Assembly (NCBI GenBank): GCA_031289415.1
Contig: JAITPN010000096.1
Location: forward strand, 1 to 34,486
Direction of reading: 5' to 3'
DNA length: 34,486 nucleotides
Origin: Prevotellaceae bacterium
Lineage (GTDB): Bacteria; Bacteroidota; Bacteroidia; Bacteroidales; UBA932
Shown: positions 26,825 to 34,486 of the stretch, one piece after another
How positions within the stretch are numbered: the first letter of the stretch is position 1
How the letters are laid out: every line of letters starts with the position of its first letter
Translations under genes and position numbers: made by a program
The notes under the pieces: generated by a model
What the model saw: only the letters and a program-made list of their open reading frames with translations
Database searches by the model: none
What the model was told of the DNA's origin: nothing

Positions 26825-29257
26825 TCATCTGTTTGTGCCTTCAAACAAATCGTGATTGACGGCTTCGGACTTTTTCTGTGATTTGAAATTGTTGAACGTA
26901 TAGGACAACGTGGCGGTAAACAGCGGCGAACGCGGATAAATGGTAGTGAGCGTTTCCATATCGGCGCTCGACCGAGCGCTGACGTATTGCGCTGTGGACA
27001 GCACATCGCGGATAACGAGGCTTGCCGTCAGTCTCCGGTTGAGCAGCTGTTGCCGGATGGTGAAGTTGAGGTAGAAAAATTCCTTTATCCGTCCTTGTGT
27101 GCTTACCGAAGGACCTACGTAGTAGGCTTCGAGCCGCATCCGTGTATTTCGTTTAATATCAAAATTATTATTGACTGCCAATTGCCAGTTTTGGCTCTCT
27201 TCATCTTTACCTGCGATTTTAAAATCGTTTTTTATTTGGTAGTCATACCAACTTCCGTTGGCGTCGAAATTCCACCATGTATATATAGGAATGGTAACCA
27301 TCAATTCCATGCCGGTAGCATAATCATTGCCCACGTTTGTCATCGAATCAAGGGTAACGCCTACGTGGTAAGGAATCCGAATACGTTCGATTTTGTCTTT
27401 TCGCGCACGGTGGAATAATGCTGCCGACAATGAAGTTTTGCCGATTTTCTTTTGATAGCCCAATTCTACGGAATTGGTATATTCGGGTAAAATAAACGGA
27501 TTGCCGCATTGTGCCGTGTAATAATCTACATACACTACATACGGCTCCATATAAAACAATTCCGGCTGGGTGATGCGCCGTGAATAGGCAAAGCGAAGCC
27601 GGTCGTTGTCGTTGAGTTGGTAAGCCAAATGCACGGACGGAAAAAAGTCGAGTTTATGCCGCGTGTGCCGCGCCCATTCCCGATTGTTGCCTAACTTCCA
27701 AAATGAATATTCGCTGCGCAATCCCGCCTGATAGCTGAATTGCTTATAGCTGTGCGACGCCATCAGGTACAACGCATGAATATCGCGGCGGAACAGATAT
27801 TTATTGTACAAATCGTCGCGGCGTTGAAAAGCGCCGGCGTTCGGGTTATACATATCTATGTTGTAGTCGCCGTTTTCGGTATATGTGTATAGTTGGTATC
27901 CCGCTTCCAGTTTACCCGCTTTGTTGTCGAACGGATATACATAATCGGCATTTGCTTGCGCTGTGAAACGGTATTCGTACTCCCATGCGCGATGCCCTTG
28001 TGCTTGTTGTCCGTTCAGATTCCACAAATCGGTTTGGAAATTTTCCATCGCATTGCCTTCATAAAAGGCATACAAGGCAGCGGTGAGCAGATGTCCCTCG
28101 CGGTTGGGGAAACGGTGTTCCATACCTATGTCCTCGCGCACAAACCATTCATAGAGGTGTACAAAATCTTTTCCGTTAAGCGTATCATAGCGCGTATTGC
28201 CGTTTGCCGTCGATGTATAGGCGTCTTCGTAGTGCAGTTCGCCGCCGCGCCACCTATCTCTGTACCCCGCTTGCGTAGCCGCTGACCACGTAGTGTTTTT
28301 CTTGAACCAATCCCAACCCGAACGCAGGTAATACACGTCGGTATGCCGCTCGCGGATACCGGCGGAATGGTCGGTAGTAAGGGTGTCGGGCGTTGTGATT
28401 GTTTTCAGTTGGTCGAAATCGCTTACCACATACCTGCGCGATGCTTCGCCCGACAGTTGCCACCGGAAATTTTTTTTGCGGAAAGCCGTCAGAAAATCCA
28501 CGTTGCGCGACAATGCGGAACTTCCCATCAGGTTTATCATGCCGCTCCAACCGTCGGCGTATTGTTTTTTCGTAATAATATTGATGATTCCGGCAGAGCC
28601 GTCGGCGTCGTTTTTTGCCGACGGAGTAGTTATAATCTCAATATTTTCAATCTGCCCTACAGGAATCTGTTCCAAATCCTGAGCTGCCGGTTTGTCGTCA
28701 ATATACACTTTGAAGCCCGAACTTCCGCGAAAACTTATGCCGCCGTCGGCGTCTATGCGCACCGACGGAGTTTGCGAAAGAATATCAAGCGCTGTGCCGC
28801 CTGCCGCCGAAATAAAACCGGAAGCGTCAATCACTTGTTTGTCGAGTTTATACGTTACTTGCCGCCGCCGCCCTATCACCTCTACTTCCGACAGCGCGTG
28901 TTCGGCTTGTTCCAGCAGGATGTCGGCAACCGTAACGTGCGCCGTGCCTGCCGACACGTTGAACGCGGCAGATTGGAATGTTTTATACTTCATGTCGTGA
29001 ACTTGGAGGTAATAATTGCCTGCTTTTTTGCATGAGATGACAAATGCGCCGCTGCTGTCGGTTAACGCATATCCTGCAGACGAACTGTCTGCCGCATGGT
29101 GGAGGGTTACGGTGGTAAACGCTACCGGCGCATGGTCGGTTTTGTCCGTTACTTTTCCCGATACTGTGTATGGTGAAGTATGGTTTGTATGCTGCGCCCT
29201 GCCGTCAAATACCGCCCACAAGCAACACACTGCAATCAAAAAGGATATTTTTTTCAT
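26825..29257 (-). CDS. TonB-dependent receptor family outer-membrane protein with N-terminal carboxypeptidase-regulatory-like domain and plug
   Basis: 810 aa. Signal peptide. Plug-like region (DILSQTPSVRIDADGGISFRGSS...IENIEIITTPSAKNDADGSAGIINIITKK). Long beta-barrel-like C-terminal region. Confidence 0.75.
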   Translation of the reverse strand: MKKISFLIAVCCLWAVFDGRAQHTNHTSPYTVSGKVTDKTDHAPVAFTTVTLHHAADSSSAGYALTDSSGAFVISCKKAGNYYLQVHDMKYKTFQSAAFNVSAGTAHVTVADILLEQAEHALSEVEVIGRRRQVTYKLDKQVIDASGFISAAGGTALDILSQTPSVRIDADGGISFRGSSGFKVYIDDKPAAQDLEQIPVGQIENIEIITTPSAKNDADGSAGIINIITKKQYADGWSGMINLMGSSALSRNVDFLTAFRKKNFRWQLSGEASRRYVVSDFDQLKTITTPDTLTTDHSAGIRERHTDVYYLRSGWDWFKKNTTWSAATQAGYRDRWRGGELHYEDAYTSTANGNTRYDTLNGKDFVHLYEWFVREDIGMEHRFPNREGHLLTAALYAFYEGNAMENFQTDLWNLNGQQAQGHRAWEYEYRFTAQANADYVYPFDNKAGKLEAGYQLYTYTENGDYNIDMYNPNAGAFQRRDDLYNKYLFRRDIHALYLMASHSYKQFSYQAGLRSEYSFWKLGNNREWARHTRHKLDFFPSVHLAYQLNDNDRLRFAYSRRITQPELFYMEPYVVYVDYYTAQCGNPFILPEYTNSVELGYQKKIGKTSLSAALFHRARKDKIERIRIPYHVGVTLDSMTNVGNDYATGMELMVTIPIYTWWNFDANGSWYDYQIKNDFKIAGKDEESQNWQLAVNNNFDIKRNTRMRLEAYYVGPSVSTQGRIKEFFYLNFTIRQQLLNRRLTASLVIRDVLSTAQYVSARSSADMETLTTIYPRSPLFTATLSYTFNNFKSQKKSEAVNHDLFEGTNR

Positions 29258-29282
29258 AAAGCATCGAAGATTAAATTACATA

Positions 29283-29771
29283 TTAATGATGACTGAAAAT
29301 TGCCACTGCAAAATGCGCCGCCATAGCGCCGCAAACAAAAATCTTCAATCCTGTGGACAACAGAAAGCCGAGAAATGAACCTACGGCAGCTTTTAATGAA
29401 GCGGAACTGCTTTTTCCGGCTAAAAGTTCGCCTATCAATGCACCGACGAACGGAAAAATAATAATGCCTATCGGCAGGAAAAAAAGTCCGAACACCATGC
29501 CTAATGTAGCGCCCCATACGCCGGCTTTTGAGCCGCCCATTTTTTTCGTACCCCACACAGGAATATAATAATCCATAATGGTTACGACAATTGCCACGAA
29601 CGCCCAAATGACAATCCATGTCCACGAAACGGAATTTTCGTAATGCGGCGTAAATTTCAGCAGCAGCAACCCTGCCCAGCCCAATGGCGGACCCGGCAAC
29701 ACAGGCACAATACATCCGAGTAGCCCGACAAGCAGGCAAACAATGCTTAAAATAATGAGAGTAATAGTCAT
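29283..29771 (-). CDS. DUF456-family small membrane protein
   Basis: 162 aa. Gly-rich TM helices (GPPLGWAGLLLL...GALIGELLAG) typical of DUF456. Confidence 0.6.
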   Translation of the reverse strand: MTITLIILSIVCLLVGLLGCIVPVLPGPPLGWAGLLLLKFTPHYENSVSWTWIVIWAFVAIVVTIMDYYIPVWGTKKMGGSKAGVWGATLGMVFGLFFLPIGIIIFPFVGALIGELLAGKSSSASLKAAVGSFLGFLLSTGLKIFVCGAMAAHFAVAIFSHH

Positions 29772-29955
29772 GCGTATATATTTCTAAAGCTATATTTTAC
29801 AAAGATACAAAATAGATTTAATAATTCAAAATTCGCCCTATGTCGGGGATTTTTGCCATCCCTGCCTTACTTTTAACGACGAAACACTTAACACCTTACG
29901 CCTCATGCTTCACACATCGCTCTTCACTTTCCGTAAAAATCCGTATCTTTGTAGA

Positions 29956-31758
29956 ATGATTGCAAAGTCTATTGTAGATAAGGTGGCGCAATTGCCGCAT
30001 TTGCCCGGAGTGTATCGTTTTCTGAACGCGGCGGGTACGGTGATTTATGTGGGCAAAGCCAAAGACCTTCGTAAGCGGGTGGCGCAATATTTCACTGCCC
30101 GGCGCTACGAAAGCCGGAAGCTCACGCTCCTTGTCAGCAAAATTGCCGACATCCGGCATACGGTTGTGCCTACCGAAGCCGATGCGTTGCTGCTCGAAAA
30201 TAACCTTATTAAAGAATTGCAACCGCGATACAACGTGCTGTTGAAAGACGGAAAAACATATCCATGGATTTGCATCAAAAATGAACCTTTCCCGCGTGTT
30301 TTTTCTACCCGCCGTATGGTCAGGGACGGCTCGAAATATTTTGGTCCCTACACGTCGGGCATTGTGATAAAAACCATGCTCGACCTTATCCGCCATCTTT
30401 ATCCGTTGCGTACGTGCAATCTTGCGCTTACGCCCGAAGTTATTGCAAAAGGCAAACACCGCGTATGCCTCGAATATCATATCGGACGATGCGCCGCGCC
30501 TTGTACAGGCATGCAAACCGAAGGCGATTATCTTGCCAACATCAACGCCATTACGTCGATTATTAAAGGGCATTTAACCGAAGTGTCGGAAATGTTGCGC
30601 AACAGTATGTTCAGCGCGGCGGCGGAACATAAGTTTGAAGAGGCGCAACGGTTCAAAGACCGCCTTGACGTGCTGAAACACTACCGGTCGAAATCGGTAA
30701 TTGTAACGCCAAGCATCACGAACGTTGATGTATTTATGATTATTGTAGATCAATATGAGGCATATTGCAGTTTTCTGCGCGTGGTGCAGGGCGCGGTGAA
30801 CCAATCGCATACGGTGGAATTACGGTTGGGTATTGAAGAAGAAAAAGAAGCGCTGTTGAGCTATTTTATTGCCGAAATGCACGAACGGCTGGGCGAACTA
30901 TCCAATGAATTGATTGTCCCTTTCAAACCCGACCACGAATTGTCCGGCGCTGTTTACACCGTTCCGCAAAAAGGCGATAAACTCAAACTCCTTGAATTGG
31001 GCGAGCGCAACTGCCGCCTGCATAAGCTCGAAAAGTTGAAACAGCTCGAAAAAACGAATCCCGAACATCATGCCGAGCGTATTCTGACAACAATAAAAAC
31101 TGACCTTCGCTTGCCCGATCTGCCGCGTCATATCGAATGTTTCGACAACTCGAACCTGCAAGGAACGAATGCCGTGTCGTCGTGTGTCGTGTTCCGGAAT
31201 GCGAAGCCCAGCAAGAAAGATTACCGCCACTTTAATGTAAAAACCGTCGTCGGCGCGAATGATTTTGCTACGATGGTGGAAGTGGTAACCCGTCGTTACA
31301 GCCGGATGCTTACAGAAGGCGCGGCGTTGCCGCAGCTCATTGTCATTGATGGAGGGAAGGGACAACTCCGCGCCGCTTTCGAAGCGTTGCAGACACTCGG
31401 TATAGAGAAAGAAATTGCCATCATAGGATTGGCAAAACGGCTCGAAGAAATTTATTTTCCGGGTGATTCCATACCTTTGTTTCTTGACAAAAATTCCGAG
31501 TCGTTGCGGGTGATTATGCAGTTGCGCGATGAGGCGCACCGTTTCGGCATTACGCATCACCGGCGAAAACGTTCGGCTTCGATGATTGTAACGGAGCTTA
31601 CCGACATTGGCGGCATCGGCGAAAAAACAGCCGAAAAATTATTGACGGCATTTCACAGCGTCGCACGCATAAAAACCGCGCCGTTTGAAGCCCTGAAAGC
31701 CGTAGTGGGCGAAAAAGCCGCCCGCGCCGTAGGGGCATATTTTGATGTTGCCGATTGA
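29956..31758 (+). CDS. uvrC: Excinuclease ABC subunit C (start at MIAKSIV; -7 box TATCTTTG ends 4 nt before ATG)
   Basis: GIY-YIG motif PGVYRF...GTVIYVGKAKDLRKRVAQYF. UvrC-length (600 aa). C-terminal HhH. Confidence 0.9.
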   Translation: MIAKSIVDKVAQLPHLPGVYRFLNAAGTVIYVGKAKDLRKRVAQYFTARRYESRKLTLLVSKIADIRHTVVPTEADALLLENNLIKELQPRYNVLLKDGKTYPWICIKNEPFPRVFSTRRMVRDGSKYFGPYTSGIVIKTMLDLIRHLYPLRTCNLALTPEVIAKGKHRVCLEYHIGRCAAPCTGMQTEGDYLANINAITSIIKGHLTEVSEMLRNSMFSAAAEHKFEEAQRFKDRLDVLKHYRSKSVIVTPSITNVDVFMIIVDQYEAYCSFLRVVQGAVNQSHTVELRLGIEEEKEALLSYFIAEMHERLGELSNELIVPFKPDHELSGAVYTVPQKGDKLKLLELGERNCRLHKLEKLKQLEKTNPEHHAERILTTIKTDLRLPDLPRHIECFDNSNLQGTNAVSSCVVFRNAKPSKKDYRHFNVKTVVGANDFATMVEVVTRRYSRMLTEGAALPQLIVIDGGKGQLRAAFEALQTLGIEKEIAIIGLAKRLEEIYFPGDSIPLFLDKNSESLRVIMQLRDEAHRFGITHHRRKRSASMIVTELTDIGGIGEKTAEKLLTAFHSVARIKTAPFEALKAVVGEKAARAVGAYFDVAD

Positions 31759-32109
31759 AGTCAAGATACATTTATTTCAAAAATGGAATTGAAAGCCGAT
31801 GATTTGCTGAGAACGAAAAGATAAATCATATTGTTTGGTAAACTTAAAAACTGTTTAATTTTCATTGAGATTTTTATTCTATTGAGCATAATACAAACAA
31901 AAGCGATTTGAATCATAATTCGTAGTCTTTAGCTAATCGTCGAAAATTTTCCAACCATGCAAAAATTCTTTATACCGTTGATAATCACAGAAATGCGATA
32001 TTAATTCAACATAAATAACTGATATTCAACGCTTTGATTATAAATGTAAACAGTTTCTAATTTTATAAATAAAAATTCGTATCTTTGTACAACCTTATAA
32101 ATAGATATT

Positions 32110-32679
32110 ATGGATACATGGTGGAATTCGTTGGATTTGTTGTTGAAAGTCATGTGGGCTATTTCCCTGACGAGCAGCATTGTGTTTGCTATACAAATGG
32201 TATTTACATTTGTAGGGATGGACGCCGATGGCGATCTGAGCGGCGACGCGGGCAACGATACGGACAACGGCGGAATGCCATTCCAGTTGTTCACGTTTCG
32301 TAATTTTATTAATTTTTTTCTTGGGTTTTCGTGGACGGGTATTGCTTTTTATGGCATCATCGGCAATAAAGTGTGGCTGGCGTTGTTCTCTGCATTTATG
32401 GGGGCGCTGTTGGTTTTTCTGGTTATGTTACTTTTTTATGCGTTGAGCCGTACCGTACAAAGTGGAAATATCAATATCCGGCAGACGATAGGACTTACAG
32501 CGGTGGTATATTTTCCGGTAGCTGCCGCCCGCGCCCGCGCCGGAAAAATACAAGTAACGGTGCAGCAAACCGTCCGCGAATATGACGCTATGACCGACGG
32601 CGCAGAACTCGCAACAGGCAGATTGATACGTATCACCGATGTGATTGAAGGAAACATCCTGTTGGTTGAAGAAATGTAA
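32110..32679 (+). CDS. NfeD-like / YqiJ-like membrane protein (flotillin-associated)
   Basis: N-terminal TM helices and C-terminal short beta-rich soluble domain. Located immediately upstream of the flotillin gene, as in nfeD-floT / yqiJ-yqiK pairs. Confidence 0.55.
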   Translation: MDTWWNSLDLLLKVMWAISLTSSIVFAIQMVFTFVGMDADGDLSGDAGNDTDNGGMPFQLFTFRNFINFFLGFSWTGIAFYGIIGNKVWLALFSAFMGALLVFLVMLLFYALSRTVQSGNINIRQTIGLTAVVYFPVAAARARAGKIQVTVQQTVREYDAMTDGAELATGRLIRITDVIEGNILLVEEM

Positions 32680-32736
32680 TTTCTAATTTTTAGTAATAAT
32701 AAACATATAATTTATAACACATTAATTTTAATTTTT

Positions 32737-34152
32737 ATGACTCCTGCTTTAACAATTATCGTATTTGCTGTCGTATTATTTATTACGTTTTCAGCTATTT
32801 TATCGCGTTACAAACGCTGTCCGTCCGACCGTATTTTGGTGGTGTATGGAAAAACAGGTAAAAACAAAGAGGGCGGGGCTAATTCCGCAAAATGTATTCA
32901 TGGCGGCGCCGCCTTTATTTGGCCCGTGTTTCAAAGCTATCAGTTTTTGAACTTGACGCCCATTCCTATCGAATGTAATTTGACCAACGCCTTGAGTAAG
33001 CAGAACATCCGTGTTGATGTGCCGTGCCGTTTTACGGTAGGCATTTCTACCGACCCCGACAATATGACCAACGCCGCCGAACGGTTGTTGGGGCTATCGC
33101 CTAAAAACATTCAAGACCTTGCTACCGATATTCTGTTCGGGCAGTTACGTTTAGTTATTGCCACGATGGACATTGAAGAAATTAACTCCGACCGCGACAA
33201 ATTCCTGATAAACGTGAGCCAAAATGTAGAACTGGAACTGCGTAAAATCGGGCTAAAGTTAATTAATGTGAATGTAACGGATATCCGCGACGAATCGGGT
33301 TATATCGAAGCATTGGGAAAGGAAGCCGCCGCTAAAGCCATCAACGAAGCCAAGAAAAGCGTGGCGGAGCAAAACCGTTTCGGGGAAATAGGAAAAGCCG
33401 AAGCTGACCGTGATAAGGATATCCGCATTGCCGAGACCGAACGCGACACACGTGTGCGTACTGCCGACGCCAATGCTACTGCCGTAGAGGGTGAAAATAT
33501 TGCCCGCGTTTCCATTGCCAACTCCGATTCGGAACGCCGCGAACGCGAAGCCGAAGCCATGCGCCGCGCTACTGCCGCCGAAAAAGTACAAAACGCCAAA
33601 GCATTGGAAGAAGCGTATGCCGCCGAACAGCGTGCCGAAACGGCTCGCATCGAGCGGGAACGCGCTTCGCAGCAGGCAAACATTATTGTACCGGCTGAAG
33701 TGAATAAGGAAAAAGCCATTATCGAAGCGGAAGCCGAAGCCGAACAACTACGTTGCAGAGCCAAAGGCGAAGCCGATGCTATATTTGCCAAAATGGAAGC
33801 GCAGGCAAAAGGTATCAACGAAATCCTGACGAAGCAAGCTGACGGATTTGGGCAGATTGTGAAAGCCGCCAACAACGATGCTCAGAAAGCCGTATTGCTG
33901 ATGGTGTCCGATAAATTACCCGAACTTGTTCGCACGCAAGTTGAGGCTATCAAAAATATCAAGATTGATAAAATCACCGTATGGGACGGACAAAACAATG
34001 CCAACGGAAAAACGTCCACTGCGAATTTCTTGTCGGGGCTTATGCAGTCAGTGCCGCCCCTAAACGAATTGTTTAATATGGCGGGTATGGAGTTGCCTAA
34101 ATATTTGGGCACAGAAAAAGAATCCCATACCGAAGAAACAACGGAAAGTTAA
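32737..34152 (+). CDS. Flotillin-like SPFH/band-7 family protein
   Basis: N-terminal TM. SPFH domain. Long Ala/Glu-rich coiled-coil (EAEAEAEQLR...), as in FloT/YqiK. Confidence 0.85.
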   Translation: MTPALTIIVFAVVLFITFSAILSRYKRCPSDRILVVYGKTGKNKEGGANSAKCIHGGAAFIWPVFQSYQFLNLTPIPIECNLTNALSKQNIRVDVPCRFTVGISTDPDNMTNAAERLLGLSPKNIQDLATDILFGQLRLVIATMDIEEINSDRDKFLINVSQNVELELRKIGLKLINVNVTDIRDESGYIEALGKEAAAKAINEAKKSVAEQNRFGEIGKAEADRDKDIRIAETERDTRVRTADANATAVEGENIARVSIANSDSERREREAEAMRRATAAEKVQNAKALEEAYAAEQRAETARIERERASQQANIIVPAEVNKEKAIIEAEAEAEQLRCRAKGEADAIFAKMEAQAKGINEILTKQADGFGQIVKAANNDAQKAVLLMVSDKLPELVRTQVEAIKNIKIDKITVWDGQNNANGKTSTANFLSGLMQSVPPLNELFNMAGMELPKYLGTEKESHTEETTES

Positions 34153-34486
34153 ATTCATAGCAGCCTCATCGCCTGCTCAGTTTAATCCCGAAAATAACAA
34201 TACCTATCAGCAGCCCGATTAGGAGCATCACCAATGCGATAGTTCCCCAAACAGATGTTTGGGCGTTCACTTGTATGCGTACGGTTTGGTCTTCAGTATC
34301 TACTTTGCGGTTGTCGGCAAGCGCTTCGGTTTTGATTTTTGATTATAACAACCTTGAAAGCGTGTAAATACAACAAAACCGATACCGCCAAAATTTTGGA
34401 CATAAGCCGGAAAACACTGTTCAATAAAATGAAGAAATACGGATTGGATGAGTGAGATGTTGAATTGTTGAAGCGTTGAACTGTTG

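Noticed and set aside
26024-28550. ORFs 26024..26455(-), 26503..27006(-), 26987..27418(+), 27893..28285(+), 28343..29035(+)
   Set aside because: Overlap the ABC ATPase (Walker motifs) or the 810-aa OMP on the opposite strand. No independent support.
29254-30573. ORFs 29254..29739(-) and 29896..30573(-)
   Set aside because: Alternate-frame or antisense to the DUF456 and uvrC genes respectively.
33259-33875. Minus-strand ORFs inside the flotillin gene
   Set aside because: Antisense to the Ala/Glu-rich coiled-coil region; low-complexity mirror translation.

Overview
Chromosomal window from a Bacteroidetes (Bacteroidales-like) genome, about 45% GC. Evidence for the phylum: promoter elements matching the Bacteroidetes sigma-A -33 TTTG / -7 TAnnTTTG consensus (repeatedly TAcCTTTG or TATCTTTG); a BACON domain plus Listeria-Bacteroides repeat surface lipoprotein; a TonB-dependent-receptor-like OMP with N-terminal CarboxypepD_reg domain; no Shine-Dalgarno usage. 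The core is the S10-spc-alpha ribosomal-protein supercluster (rplC through rplQ; 30 genes including secY, map, infA, rpoA). Its arrangement here is atypical. (i) rpsJ is not upstream of rplC; a low-GC block of four minus-strand secreted/lipoprotein genes sits there instead, and rplC has its own promoter. (ii) The cluster is broken between rpsC and rplP by an inverted pfkA gene plus palindrome-rich spacer, with an intrinsic-terminator-like hairpin after rpsC. (iii) A perfect 65-bp segment carrying the rplC promoter is duplicated in front of rplP. Downstream of rplQ lies the most unusual non-coding architecture in the window: a (CCGCACA)12 heptanucleotide microsatellite sitting just after two promoter-like -7 boxes. 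It is followed by about 6.3 tandem copies of a 41-bp unit, each carrying two palindromes (CCCCACGTGGGG and CCGGAAnTTCCGG). The array ends immediately upstream of the surface lipoprotein gene, which itself contains near-identical roughly 210-bp intragenic repeats. The rest of the window: a glk–membrane protein–PLD/cardiolipin-synthase-like operon, an orphan ABC ATPase, a DUF456 membrane protein, uvrC (apparently leaderless) and an NfeD-like/flotillin pair. No rRNA, tRNA, CRISPR or transposase genes were recognised.
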